From a virus, in the IMG/VR virus record IMGVR_UViG_3300029418_000119: DNA of 64,000 nt; one strand, written 5' to 3'. Both the position numbers and the translations under genes were made by a program. The notes under the pieces are model-generated. The model made no database searches, was not told where the DNA came from, and saw only the letters and a list, made by a program, of their open reading frames with translations. Shown here piece after piece: positions 1 to 9,278 of the stretch; position 1 is the stretch's first letter, and each line of letters begins with the position of its first letter.

Positions 1-65
1 TGGCGATTTGTGAGATCAACAAGCTTCCCGCCGGGTATAAAAACGGGCACTACGCACCGAAGTCT

Positions 66-515
66 ATGGATGAAGCTACCATTGCAGGCAAGAGTCCGAA
101 TATAACGGCTCCGGCTGTAAAGTCAAATACATACGCATTTCACATGGAAGATTCTGAATGGCTGGCGGAACTTAAAAAGAATTTGGTTATCACAGATAAA
201 ACCATGTGTAATCTGAAAGAGATGTATTCAAAAGTGTACGGTGATTTGACTTCCGCAAGTGATGAGATTGATGATCTAGAACATGCTATTGAGTTTAAGA
301 CCGTGAATGCAGCGCAAGGTTATCAGCTTATGGCAGAGCTTAAAAAGGCTCGCCGGAAGCGTAGAGAAGCTAAGGACGCAAAGCTTTTGCTTGAGATCGT
401 TATGAATACAGAAACCAGAGAATGGGGAGATGGCAAGCTAGAGACTGCTATTGAGCAGCTTGGTACTCGTCAATTTACTCCGAAGGTTCGTAATGATCTA
501 TTTGAAAAGAATTGA
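66..515 (+). CDS. hypothetical phage protein
   Basis: Long ORF in AT-rich phage context; no motif recognised. Confidence 0.35.
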   Translation: MDEATIAGKSPNITAPAVKSNTYAFHMEDSEWLAELKKNLVITDKTMCNLKEMYSKVYGDLTSASDEIDDLEHAIEFKTVNAAQGYQLMAELKKARRKRREAKDAKLLLEIVMNTETREWGDGKLETAIEQLGTRQFTPKVRNDLFEKN

Positions 516-527
516 GGTACATAAAAA

Positions 528-776
528 ATGAAGGTCTATGTTTTACACGAATGCATTGATTCCAGTGACTTTTACGCAGAAGATAATGTGATTATGGTCA
601 CAAAGGATAGAGTCAAAGCAATTGATAAAATGGTATTCCTGTTTAATGAAAGCAAGAATGACCTACAGCCTGTAAGTAATGACGAGACATGGTGCGAAGC
701 TGCGGAAGCATCTGTTGTTTGTAGTGGTGAAAGTTATTATCGTCACCACTGGAAGATTGATGAATTCGAGGTGTAA
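528..776 (+). CDS. hypothetical phage protein
   Basis: ORF with RBS-like AGGTACATAAAAAATG upstream; no motif. Confidence 0.3.
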   Translation: MKVYVLHECIDSSDFYAEDNVIMVTKDRVKAIDKMVFLFNESKNDLQPVSNDETWCEAAEASVVCSGESYYRHHWKIDEFEV

Positions 777-779
777 GGT

Positions 780-1019
780 ATGCCTACTATCAGAGGAAAC
801 GGACACTGTAAGGTTTGTGGTGCGCCGGCTGCTATAAATCATGAGTATTGTGATCATTGCCGCAGGATAGTAAGAATCGAAGCGCGACAGGCTTATGAAA
901 GAAAGAGACGAGAACAGGAACGAAGCAAAAAGCCAATCTTGACATTCAGCGATGTTATTAAACTTGCGGATGCCGAGGGATTGTCTTACGGAAAATACTG
1001 TTTAAAGTATGGGATTTGA
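780..1019 (+). CDS. small zinc-ribbon protein (CxxC ... CxxC)
   Basis: HCKVCG and CDHC cysteine pairs; basic C-terminus. Confidence 0.35.
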   Translation: MPTIRGNGHCKVCGAPAAINHEYCDHCRRIVRIEARQAYERKRREQERSKKPILTFSDVIKLADAEGLSYGKYCLKYGI

Positions 1020-1848
1020 GGTGAATGTGATGAGTGCAGTTGTTGAAAGAAAAGAAGAACAGATATCTAAATTGGTCTATTTTAATCCTAAACCTTCCGT
1101 TCCGGCGAAAAAGCGTGGTGTTACAAAAAGTAAGCAGAAGCGTAAGCGTAATATTTCTCCAATTAGAAGCTTGGATGATGTTCAAATGATTTCGGAATAC
1201 TTCTGGGATAAAAAGCAATATCGCAATTGGTGTCTATTTAATGTCGGCATTGCAACTGGGTTGCGTGCTAGTGACTTACTTAAATTGAAAGTTTCTGATA
1301 TGTCTTACTGTCTTTATAATGGAAAAATTGAGGTGGTTGAGGACGCAGGAACTTGCATCGTCGAAGAAAAGACTTCCAAATATCGTGAAATCATTCTTAC
1401 TCCAGAAGCGAGAGACATCGTTGAAACGTACATTAAGATTGCAAATCTTGGATATGACGATTGGATGTTTCCGTCTCGGCAGGGGAGTTGGAAAAAGTCG
1501 TTGAGGACAAATGGTGGAGATGGGAAAACTGGTATTCCTCATATTGCAGAACCCAAAAAAGCCGGTGATCCTATTGATGTTGATTCTTTTGCTCGTATCC
1601 TTCGTAATGCTGGTAGAGATTTGAATCTTAATTATAAGATTGCGTCTCATTCTTGCCGTAAGACATTTGGTTATCGTGAGATGTGTCTTAATAAGGATGA
1701 TAACCAGGCATTGTCTTGGATTCAGGGTCAGTTGAATCATAGTAGTCAGGATATTACATTACGGTACGTTGGTTTTGATGAGGATAAGGCAAAAGAATAT
1801 TATAAGAAGACTTTTTATGGTGTGAATACACACAGCTTGGAAGACTGA
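1009..1848 (+). CDS. tyrosine site-specific recombinase (small, XerC/D-sized)
   Basis: Catalytic-domain motifs GLRASDLL (Arg I), HSCRKTFGY (H-x-x-R) and LNHSSQDITLRYV (C-terminal Tyr). Confidence 0.6.
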   Translation: MGFEVNVMSAVVERKEEQISKLVYFNPKPSVPAKKRGVTKSKQKRKRNISPIRSLDDVQMISEYFWDKKQYRNWCLFNVGIATGLRASDLLKLKVSDMSYCLYNGKIEVVEDAGTCIVEEKTSKYREIILTPEARDIVETYIKIANLGYDDWMFPSRQGSWKKSLRTNGGDGKTGIPHIAEPKKAGDPIDVDSFARILRNAGRDLNLNYKIASHSCRKTFGYREMCLNKDDNQALSWIQGQLNHSSQDITLRYVGFDEDKAKEYYKKTFYGVNTHSLED

Positions 1849-1853
1849 GGTGT

Positions 1854-2540
1854 ATGATGGCTGATACTTATATTAAAATCTGGGATACTTATGAGAGCTA
1901 CTTTGAACCCCTTAGTGCTGCTGAGGTGGGGCGTCTGGTACTGGCGATGATGAAATATAAATCGTCTGGAACGGAGCCTGAACTCAACGGAAATGAGCGG
2001 TATGTGTGGCCTGCTGTGAAGAGAGATTTGGATAAAGATGCCGAATACATCGAAGGTAAGAGGATTTCTGGTAAAGCTGGTGGCTCATCAAGCAAGCGTA
2101 AGCAAAACGAAGCAAACGCAAGCAAAACAAAGCTAGAAAAAGAAAAAGAGAAAGAAAAAGATAAGATATCGTCTTCGTCTTGTGATGAGATGACAACGAC
2201 AAAACCTATCGAGGATGTTTTCCGAGAGAATATCGGGAAGCTTGGTGCTACTGGTCAAAAGGCTTTAGCAGAATATGTTGAGCGCATGGGTGACGAACTT
2301 GTGCTTGCTGTGATTGGTAAGTGTTCTGATCTCGGCGGTAGCACATGGGCTTATGTGCGAAAAGCTCTGGACGAAGCAGAATCTCTTGGTTGCAAGACTG
2401 CTGATGATTATCGCCGGGCTTGTCCGATAGGGAGTGGTCGCAACACGAGAGTGGATAGACAATCTCCCAGTGGGAATGATTGGCTAAAAAATGCAACGAA
2501 ACGTCGTCCACTAGTAAAAAGAGAGCTGGAAACAGCATAA
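1854..2540 (+). CDS. hypothetical phage protein with KE-rich low-complexity linker
   Basis: 228-aa ORF; KEKEKEKEK tract encoded by a purine-rich run near 2140-2165. Confidence 0.4.
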   Translation: MMADTYIKIWDTYESYFEPLSAAEVGRLVLAMMKYKSSGTEPELNGNERYVWPAVKRDLDKDAEYIEGKRISGKAGGSSSKRKQNEANASKTKLEKEKEKEKDKISSSSCDEMTTTKPIEDVFRENIGKLGATGQKALAEYVERMGDELVLAVIGKCSDLGGSTWAYVRKALDEAESLGCKTADDYRRACPIGSGRNTRVDRQSPSGNDWLKNATKRRPLVKRELETA

Positions 2541-2555
2541 ATGGAGGCTTGAATT

Positions 2556-2957
2556 ATGGGACTGTTACTTGGTTTGGGTTTACTTGGCGCAGCATTTGCG
2601 ATTGATGGAGCAAAGCAAGCACCGTTTGATAAGGCGTATCGCCGTCTGGAAAACGAATGGGGGACTTGTACATCGGAAGAGAGTAAGCGGTGTGATGCTC
2701 TGAAGTATGCCGTGCAGAACGGTTTATGTTTCGAGGATGAAAAGAAGCCTGTGATTGAGTGGCAGAAGCTGAGAGACCTTCAGTGGAAGTATCAGCTGGC
2801 TGGTATTTCTTGGCCGAGAGAATCTGCGATTCGAGATGTATGCCGGTTGGCAGCTCGTGACCGTGGATTTGAGTATAAAGGGTATCTGCGAAATACATTG
2901 ACGTTTGGTTATATCACCGATCCGAAAAATATTTGCAAGCTTGGCATCGTAGATTGA
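2556..2957 (+). CDS. hypothetical protein with hydrophobic N-terminus (secreted or membrane)
   Basis: N-terminal MGLLLGLGLLGAAFA hydrophobic segment. Confidence 0.35.
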   Translation: MGLLLGLGLLGAAFAIDGAKQAPFDKAYRRLENEWGTCTSEESKRCDALKYAVQNGLCFEDEKKPVIEWQKLRDLQWKYQLAGISWPRESAIRDVCRLAARDRGFEYKGYLRNTLTFGYITDPKNICKLGIVD

Positions 2958-2963
2958 GGAGAT

Positions 2964-3275
2964 TTGAAAATGAATAACACTCGTAGAAAAGCTATTAAGC
3001 AGACTATTGATCGTTTTGATTCCATCCGTAAGAAGCTGGACGAGCTCGTGTCTGAGGTCGAAAGTGTAAAATCCGATGTTGAGAATATCCAGTGGGAAGA
3101 AGAAGAGTATCGTGACAACATGCCGGAGAATCTGCAGGGGAGTGAGCGGTATGACAAGGCAGACGAGGCTTGTACAAACCTGTCCGATGCTGTAGATGCT
3201 CTGGATGATATGATTGGTGCTCTGGATTTTGACTTTGGCGATGTGACCACATCTCTGGAGGAAGCGATGGAATGA
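2964..3275 (+). CDS. hypothetical acidic protein
   Basis: ORF with RBS GAGGAG upstream; highly acidic. Confidence 0.35.
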   Translation: MKMNNTRRKAIKQTIDRFDSIRKKLDELVSEVESVKSDVENIQWEEEEYRDNMPENLQGSERYDKADEACTNLSDAVDALDDMIGALDFDFGDVTTSLEEAME

Positions 3276-3560
3276 TTAACACAACAAACCCATTGAGGAG
3301 AAATGCATGGGCTGTGTTCTTGTACAGAGGTAGGCAAGTTTGTTCATACCTACTGCGTAATAGCAATCTTGGGGATAAGGAACGCATGGTAGAACTGCTG
3401 GCACGAAGGTACATGACAGAGCCTGAGAATATTGTTGTAGATATTGAATTTAGAGATTGAGGTGATAGAGAATGACCGCATTTGTAATGTTTGCTTTTAA
3501 TGTAGCGCTGATAATAACAGTGAATAGTAATCCGTTTGCGTTTTAAGTGGAGGTATAAAT

Positions 3561-3788
3561 ATGAAAGAACTGGAAGAAATTTACAATCGATTATATGATG
3601 AATACATTGACGCTAGACGAGAGCATTTTGAGTCTGCTCTCGATATGAAAAAGAATGGTGGCAGAATATATCTACATGGTAAAATGCATGGGTTAGAAAT
3701 TGCTATTAACATCGTCGATGAAGTGCTCGAAAGGGTTAAGGCAGAATATACCAAGGAAGCTTTTGACGTAGACCCATATAAAACCTAA
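3561..3788 (+). CDS. hypothetical protein
   Basis: RBS GGAGG 7 nt upstream of ATG. Confidence 0.3.
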   Translation: MKELEEIYNRLYDEYIDARREHFESALDMKKNGGRIYLHGKMHGLEIAINIVDEVLERVKAEYTKEAFDVDPYKT

Positions 3789-3809
3789 ATTCTTTGGAGG
3801 GAAAACTAA

Positions 3810-4328
3810 ATGATTGTTACTATGTATCGAAGAAAATGGAAATTCTCGGTGATGAGTGCAGAAGATGCAGAAGACTTTATCCGACAGCCACATTTTGAAC
3901 GGATACGGTTTATCTCAATCACTGAAGCTAATGGTCATCATATTGATTTTCATAAGTGTGAGGGCAATATTACTTTTCTCCCGCTGAAGTTTGATGATTG
4001 CACTACTGATTTAGAAGGCACCTGTATCACTGATATTCAGGCTAAGGATATCGTGAATTTTGTTCTGGATAATCACGAAGCAGATAAAACCGATTGGTTC
4101 TGCGTGAATTGTGCTGCTGGTGTATCGAGATCTGCCGCTGTGTGTGCTGCCATCATGAGAATCTTGTGCAATGACGATATGCCGGTATTTACCAACAGTC
4201 ATTTTTGCCCGAATATGACTGTGTATAGAGAAGTGTTGAACGCTTGGATTGATCGCCTATCTGATGAGAATGACAGCACTTCGACCGAGGTATGGAATTC
4301 TGTGAATCAGGATATTGTAGAGGAGTAA
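3810..4328 (+). CDS. CX5R protein phosphatase-like protein (dual-specificity/Tyr phosphatase fold)
   Basis: Signature FCVNCAAGVSRSAAV = C-x5-R(S) P-loop; size fits a minimal DUSP. Confidence 0.5.
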   Translation: MIVTMYRRKWKFSVMSAEDAEDFIRQPHFERIRFISITEANGHHIDFHKCEGNITFLPLKFDDCTTDLEGTCITDIQAKDIVNFVLDNHEADKTDWFCVNCAAGVSRSAAVCAAIMRILCNDDMPVFTNSHFCPNMTVYREVLNAWIDRLSDENDSTSTEVWNSVNQDIVEE

Positions 4329-4331
4329 AAC

Positions 4332-4595
4332 ATGAAATACACAAAGCGTGAAATCATTAGCGCATATCGAATTCTCACGAAGAATATTCAGCAGAATGAC
4401 CTCGGCTGGCGTGGGAAGATGATTTTGAGCGATGTACTTGATGACTATTTCAGCCGTATTGAGGGTGAAATAGTTGTCGTCGATCCGAAGCATGGAAGTT
4501 TTCGCTGTCCCAAATGCAATACGGTAATTACAAGTAGGTATGATCACTATTGCAGAGATTGTGGTCAGAAGTTTGATTGGAGAGAAACAAGATGA
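4332..4595 (+). CDS. zinc-ribbon protein, CxxC...CxxCGxxxDW family
   Basis: CPKCN ... CRDCGQKFDW C-terminal motif shared with three other ORFs in the window. Confidence 0.4.
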   Translation: MKYTKREIISAYRILTKNIQQNDLGWRGKMILSDVLDDYFSRIEGEIVVVDPKHGSFRCPKCNTVITSRYDHYCRDCGQKFDWRETR

Positions 4596-4804
4596 AGATT
4601 GATTTGACTCTCAATGAAGCACGAGTTATACAAGACGCACTTGATGCAACAAGCTTGTGTAGGGCTTACTGCTACATGGGATACAAGAGTAATGATGAGA
4701 ATCTGTGTTTTAGGCTTGACAAAGATGGTAATTGGCGTTGTAAGCTAATGCGTGAAATCGACTCCATCAACGGAAAGCTTGAGGATGCAATGGATGAAAA
4801 GTAA
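4592..4804 (+). CDS. hypothetical protein
   Basis: ATG at 4592 after GGAGAG RBS. Confidence 0.3.
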   Translation: MKIDLTLNEARVIQDALDATSLCRAYCYMGYKSNDENLCFRLDKDGNWRCKLMREIDSINGKLEDAMDEK

Positions 4805-5021
4805 TGACGAGAAAATCAAAGCGTTATGCAAAGGTATTAGACAGTTAACGAATGAGCTTGATGAACAATGGAAAGGGTTAGAACACTTTTCTGGAGATTT
4901 GTATGAAATAAAACTTGCTGAATACATGACAAAATTAGAGACCATCAAAACTCTTGGCGGATTTTATTTTCGTTATGATAACGGAAAGCATACAGTTTCC
5001 ATTATGGGGTTTGATGGCTAA
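4785..5021 (+). CDS. hypothetical protein
   Basis: ORF overlapping the end of the previous one; start uncertain (4785 or 4794). Confidence 0.3.
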   Translation: MQWMKSNDEKIKALCKGIRQLTNELDEQWKGLEHFSGDLYEIKLAEYMTKLETIKTLGGFYFRYDNGKHTVSIMGFDG

Positions 5022-5235
5022 TGATGTAAAGTATGCAAGAATTGATAAAATCCGGGTTCTTGTGGATACTTAACAAAAGGATGTGCAGACCGATGATATA
5101 ACTATTGATGACGTAGGATTATTAGTAAAATTTTGGTAATTTTGATAATTGTGTTGAATAATCTCTTTGTGCGGTGTATGCTTGAGACAACCTCAATACA
5201 AGATGGTCAAGCCAAAAGAATGTGAGGTTAATATA

Positions 5236-5370
5236 ATGTGGATTATGATAATTTTACTTATAGTATTGGATGCCGTGTACGCACTTAGTCTGTTAGGAGC
5301 GCTTTCCGATGCCGATGATCAGAGTGGGCGGCTGGAAATGAAACAGGGAAGGAATGGTCGAAATGGATAA
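5236..5370 (+). CDS. small membrane peptide
   Basis: ATG after GAGG RBS; MWIMIILLIVLDAVYALSLLGAL transmembrane segment. Confidence 0.3.
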   Translation: MWIMIILLIVLDAVYALSLLGALSDADDQSGRLEMKQGRNGRNG

Positions 5371-5593
5371 TTTGAAACCGTGTCCATTTTGCGGTGGAGA
5401 AGTTACTATTGCAGAGGGCGGTTATCGCCAAACACGATGGATGTATGTTACGAGAGGAAACAAAGAAAATAGGTGCAACTGCTATGTTATCATGGAAAGC
5501 AAAACTTACGACTTTGATTCCTCTGAAATGGAAAAAGCAAAAATTAAAGCCGATCTTATCGAAGCATGGAATAAACGGATTTATAAAAGTTAA
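5354..5593 (+). CDS. Lar-family (restriction-alleviation-like) zinc protein
   Basis: N-terminal LKPCPFCGGE motif typical of the Lar family. Confidence 0.45.
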   Translation: MVEMDNLKPCPFCGGEVTIAEGGYRQTRWMYVTRGNKENRCNCYVIMESKTYDFDSSEMEKAKIKADLIEAWNKRIYKS

Positions 5594-5609
5594 GATTTAA
5601 GGAGGCCGT

Positions 5610-5831
5610 ATGTGGATTAAAGTTGCTGATGAACCAATTCCAACTTATGGAATGAATGGAAAATCGTTTATGCTTAACCTTTATTACAAGGACTACTTCG
5701 GGCATACTCTTGAAAGAAGTAGTGATCTTGTGATTGCAATTTGGGATAGTATCTGCGAATGCTTTCGTGAGGTCGGAACAAAGAAAGAAATTAACGATGA
5801 TGATATTTCCGAGTGGTGGAAAGACATCTGA
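5610..5831 (+). CDS. hypothetical protein
   Basis: RBS AAGGAGG upstream. Confidence 0.3.
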   Translation: MWIKVADEPIPTYGMNGKSFMLNLYYKDYFGHTLERSSDLVIAIWDSICECFREVGTKKEINDDDISEWWKDI

Positions 5832-5861
5832 TAAAAACTAAGTTCTAATAGAGGTGATTCT

Positions 5862-6614
5862 ATGACAAGAAATGAATTGCTTGGAGCGTTATGCTTCCCA
5901 GAATATAGTTTTCTTCGGGAGAATGAGCATCTTGGCAAGCATATGATGTTCGTAACGGTCGGTGGCAGTCATGCTTACGGGACAAATGTTGAGGGCTCAG
6001 ATCTTGACATTCGAGGTGTAGCATTGAATTCAAAAGAAGACCTTCTTGGTCTCGGTGAGTTTGAGCATTATGTGGACACTCAGACCGATACAACGATTTA
6101 TAGCTTTAACAAAGCTGTGAAATTGATGTGCAGTGGAAATCCCAATATGCTGGAACAGTTAGGAAATGCCGATGAACTCGTTATTAGCTATAACCCAATG
6201 ACGCAGCTACTTATGGACAACAAAAACCTATTCCTTTCAAAGCGTGTGATTTACTCGTTTGGAGGTTTTGCAGGCAAGCTGATTCAGAAGTCTGATACAT
6301 TAGACAAAGATCCAATCTACCATAATTCAAAGAAAATGCACAAGACGGTAATGAATGCAGTTCGTGTATACCTGATGCTCTTTGACATCTTGGAAAAAGG
6401 TGAAATTAAAACCTATCGAGACAATGATCATAACTTCCTGACGCAGCTTCGCAACGGTGAATATGATTACAAAGAGATTCGTCAGCAACTGATTCCGGCC
6501 TATGAAAGCAGATTGTCAGTTGACAAGAGCGAGACTTACCTGCCGGACAATGTTGATTGGAAGCGGGTCAACGAGCTTGTGATGACCGTAAATGAGGAGT
6601 CTTTAAAGATCTGA
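5862..6614 (+). CDS. nucleotidyltransferase-fold protein (Pol-beta superfamily)
   Basis: VGGSHAYGTNVEGSDLDIRGV = GS...SDxD nucleotidyltransferase motif; about 250 aa, like standalone predicted nucleotidyltransferases. Confidence 0.55.
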   Translation: MTRNELLGALCFPEYSFLRENEHLGKHMMFVTVGGSHAYGTNVEGSDLDIRGVALNSKEDLLGLGEFEHYVDTQTDTTIYSFNKAVKLMCSGNPNMLEQLGNADELVISYNPMTQLLMDNKNLFLSKRVIYSFGGFAGKLIQKSDTLDKDPIYHNSKKMHKTVMNAVRVYLMLFDILEKGEIKTYRDNDHNFLTQLRNGEYDYKEIRQQLIPAYESRLSVDKSETYLPDNVDWKRVNELVMTVNEESLKI

Positions 6615-6638
6615 TAAAACCAATATTTTTGAAAGGAA

Positions 6639-7265
6639 GTGATTCTTATTAACTCTAATTTGTTAATAAATCGTGAGCAAAGTATTGCTATTGTGTGTAT
6701 AATGTGCCTGCTGACGGGGAATCTTGTATCGAAGATCAGTCCGGTAATTCAGAATCATGGTGATTCATACCTTTATAATAATAGCCCTCCGGCAGTGAGT
6801 GTAGTGCAGCAAGAGGAAAAGGAGCCAGAAGTCATTGTAGAAACCGTTACTGAGATGCGGATTGTAAACTTTGGTCAGGGCAAACATAAACTCACTGATG
6901 ACGAACGTGCTCTTGCGGAGCAGATCGTTGCTTGTGAAGCAGGTGCTGACAGTTTGGAAGGCCAGATGGCTGTGGCCCAATGCCTTTATGATTCCGCTGT
7001 ACTTGATAGTCTAACCATCCAGCAGGTCTTTAAGAAGTATGGTTATAGTTCCTTATATAATAGGAAGGTGACGGCAGAGAACGAACTGGCTGTGTCTATG
7101 GTGTTTGATTACGGCGCTAAGATTTCAGACAAACCTATTCAATGGTTTGTAACCCCGGCGGCTGCTCCAGGCAGTTGGCACGAGCGCGGAGCAACCTTTG
7201 CTGGGCAATTTGGCGCACACAGGTTTTATTATGACGCGAAGCTGGTTGTGGATGATGCTGAGTAA
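6639..7265 (+). CDS. cell-wall hydrolase, SleB/CwlJ (Hydrolase_2)-like
   Basis: N-terminal TM segment, then ALAEQIVACEAGADSLEGQMAVAQCLYDS resembling the Hydrolase_2 core. Confidence 0.5.
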   Translation: MILINSNLLINREQSIAIVCIMCLLTGNLVSKISPVIQNHGDSYLYNNSPPAVSVVQQEEKEPEVIVETVTEMRIVNFGQGKHKLTDDERALAEQIVACEAGADSLEGQMAVAQCLYDSAVLDSLTIQQVFKKYGYSSLYNRKVTAENELAVSMVFDYGAKISDKPIQWFVTPAAAPGSWHERGATFAGQFGAHRFYYDAKLVVDDAE

Positions 7266-7319
7266 ATGGCATCATCTAAAATTTTGATAAAGTAGCACAA
7301 CAAAATGGTGTGGTACATA

Positions 7320-7347
7320 TTGACGAAAACAAAAAGATGTGTATAAT
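7320..7347 (+). promoter_or_regulatory. sigma-A-type promoter (TTGACG - 16 nt - TATAAT)
   Basis: ttgacgaaaacaaaaagatgtgtataat upstream of ORF 7390. Confidence 0.5.
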
Positions 7348-7389
7348 ATATCTTGGAAGTTGTTTATGTGATCGGAAGGCGGTATTTCG

Positions 7390-7716
7390 ATGAGTGAGAA
7401 AAAGGTTTTGGGAGTTATACAGGTTGAGAACTTTTTGAAGTACATAAGAAAAAAGCGAGTGTGGGTCTGTTTTATTTGCAATGGTGTGGATGTTCACATG
7501 ATCTGCAAAAAGATGGACGACATTGGCGTAGAGACGCATGGGATTGTCAAAGGCATTGGATTTTTTGGAAACGAAAGTCATATTGAGTTGCGGCAAGAAT
7601 GTCACGAAGTAAGGAGGGTTGAGTTTAGGCCGGGCGATAAAGAGAAAGCGTATGAGATGATATTCGATAACACCAGCGTGTTCGTATCAGAGAATCCAGA
7701 GTTGTACGGGCACTAA
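7390..7716 (+). CDS. hypothetical protein
   Basis: ORF downstream of the promoter at 7320; no motif. Confidence 0.3.
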   Translation: MSEKKVLGVIQVENFLKYIRKKRVWVCFICNGVDVHMICKKMDDIGVETHGIVKGIGFFGNESHIELRQECHEVRRVEFRPGDKEKAYEMIFDNTSVFVSENPELYGH

Positions 7717-7735
7717 AAATATTTTTGAAAACCTA

Positions 7736-7764
7736 TTGACTTCTGTAAAGGTATCCTGTATAAT
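7736..7764 (+). promoter_or_regulatory. consensus promoter TTGACT - 17 nt - TATAAT embedding the repeated 20-bp motif (7751-7770)
   Basis: ttgact tctgtaaaggtatcctg tataat; identical 20-mer gtatcctgtataatatagct recurs at 31956-31975. Confidence 0.7.
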
Positions 7765-7807
7765 ATAGCTATGGAACGGAGCTACACTATTATAGAGGAG
7801 AAAGACT

Positions 7808-8227
7808 ATGGACAACAATATTGACCCAAAGGTCGGAGAGGTTTGGTTGGTTGATCTATCCAATGCGACAGGTCATCAGCAGCGCGGTATTCGACCGTTC
7901 GTTGTGACGAGCAACAATAAGCGCAACTTCTTTAGTCCAACAATTAAAGGGAATCCGTTGTCTTCCAGAATATACAAGCGCTCTCCGGTTCATGTTCTAC
8001 TCTCAAAGGAAGATTGTGATTTCCTAGAGGTTGATAGTATCGTTCTATGTGAAGAGACTGATACACTTAACAAAGGACAGTTCATTAAAAAACTTGGTGT
8101 CTTGTCGGAGCGTCAGATGAATATGATCGCAATGGCAAGATGCAAGGATGAACCGTTTTTGCTTGCAGCATTCCTGAGCGGCGTACAACATACCATGGAA
8201 TTTCAGAATTTTGCCGCATTTGCTTGA
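7808..8227 (+). CDS. mazF: PemK/MazF-family endoribonuclease toxin
   Basis: GEVWLVDLSNATGHQQRGIRPFVVT closely matches the PemK/MazF N-terminal signature (GEIWLVSLDPTAGHEQQGTRPVLIV). Confidence 0.7.
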   Translation: MDNNIDPKVGEVWLVDLSNATGHQQRGIRPFVVTSNNKRNFFSPTIKGNPLSSRIYKRSPVHVLLSKEDCDFLEVDSIVLCEETDTLNKGQFIKKLGVLSERQMNMIAMARCKDEPFLLAAFLSGVQHTMEFQNFAAFA

Positions 8228-8280
8228 TTTTTTATAAGGTTTAATGGTACACTACATATAATAAGAAGGAGTGTGCCACT

Positions 8281-9207
8281 ATGCTTACTGAAGAAAAAAT
8301 CAAAGCTTTTGCCGAAAAGTATTCTGATAGAAGCGGTGAGTTTGTTGCATCGACGATGCGTCACGTCATGGATTACGAGGCCGAGCGTGGGTATGAGTTG
8401 TTTGACTTCACAAAAGATGATTTCGTAAAGATGTTTGCCAAATATAATTGGGTGAATTCGAGTCGTTCGTTTAAAAATGTGAAGTCAATAATCACAGGCT
8501 ACATCAAAAGTGAAAACGAAACAAGCATGTATGATCTGGCTGACTTTTCAGAGAGCGATGTAAGCGCAGATGATATGTACAATGACAGTTATTTTGCGTC
8601 GGTTGACGAATTTGTTGACTTCTTAAATAAGTACGAAGAGCCATATCAGATTCGTATGAACGTAATTGCTGTTTTGTACTGGATTGGTCTTACTTCCGAT
8701 GAGATTTCTAATCTAACAATTAACGATGTGGATTTTGAATCTAATACCGTTCTTGATAAGACTGATGTTGACGCAAGGTTAATGGATATTATCAAGCAAT
8801 GTTACGAGATGAAACAGTATGATGCCCCCAATAAGAGCGGTTATAGAACATTTTATGTCATGAATGGCGATTATATCCTACGCAAAACGAAGGATAAACC
8901 CGGTGTAAACAGTGATCCAAAGACGTCTATAATTTCAATTCATGTCTATTTTTCGAGGTTGAACGATATCCTCGAAAAAAGGCATCATTCAAAAACCTTA
9001 GATCAAAGATATTTAGCCAGAAATTGTGAGTATATCAAGGTTTATAACTACTGTAAAACTCATCCAAAATTTAATCTTGCAGAACTTAGTTTCGGAAATG
9101 GTAAAGGTCCTCTTGCGGACATTATCGGAAGAAAGTGCAGTAAAGTTGCCTATCTTAGTTTCCGGCAAGGATATAAAGGTTGGGTTGAATATTTCCATGA
9201 AAATTAA
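8281..9207 (+). CDS. hypothetical protein (weak integrase-N-terminal-like segment)
   Basis: 308-aa ORF; segment IAVLYWIGLTSDEISNLTINDVDF resembles recombinase folds but no catalytic RHRY residues. Confidence 0.35.
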   Translation: MLTEEKIKAFAEKYSDRSGEFVASTMRHVMDYEAERGYELFDFTKDDFVKMFAKYNWVNSSRSFKNVKSIITGYIKSENETSMYDLADFSESDVSADDMYNDSYFASVDEFVDFLNKYEEPYQIRMNVIAVLYWIGLTSDEISNLTINDVDFESNTVLDKTDVDARLMDIIKQCYEMKQYDAPNKSGYRTFYVMNGDYILRKTKDKPGVNSDPKTSIISIHVYFSRLNDILEKRHHSKTLDQRYLARNCEYIKVYNYCKTHPKFNLAELSFGNGKGPLADIIGRKCSKVAYLSFRQGYKGWVEYFHEN

Positions 9208-9211
9208 AAAC

Positions 9212-9237
9212 AGGGGGCTTCGGCCCCTTCATTTTAA
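9212..9237 (+). terminator. rho-independent terminator (GGGGGC-UUCG-GCCCC hairpin)
   Basis: agggggcttcggcccct stem with UUCG tetraloop followed by tcatttt. Confidence 0.5.
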
Positions 9238-9243
9238 CATGCT

Positions 9244-9263
9244 AACTATATAACACAGGATAC
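9244..9263 (+). promoter_or_regulatory. copy of repeated phage promoter motif (aactatataacacaggatac)
   Basis: Identical 20-mer at 32085-32104; 15 nt upstream of pnkp start. Confidence 0.55.
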
Positions 9264-9278
9264 CTATTAGAAAGGGAG

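Noticed and set aside
2140-2165. Purine-rich AAAGAAAAAGAGAAAGAAAAAGATAAG tract
   Set aside because: It lies inside an ORF and simply encodes a KEKEKEKDK linker. There is no evidence of a repeat-mediated switch, unlike the (GA)10 tract.
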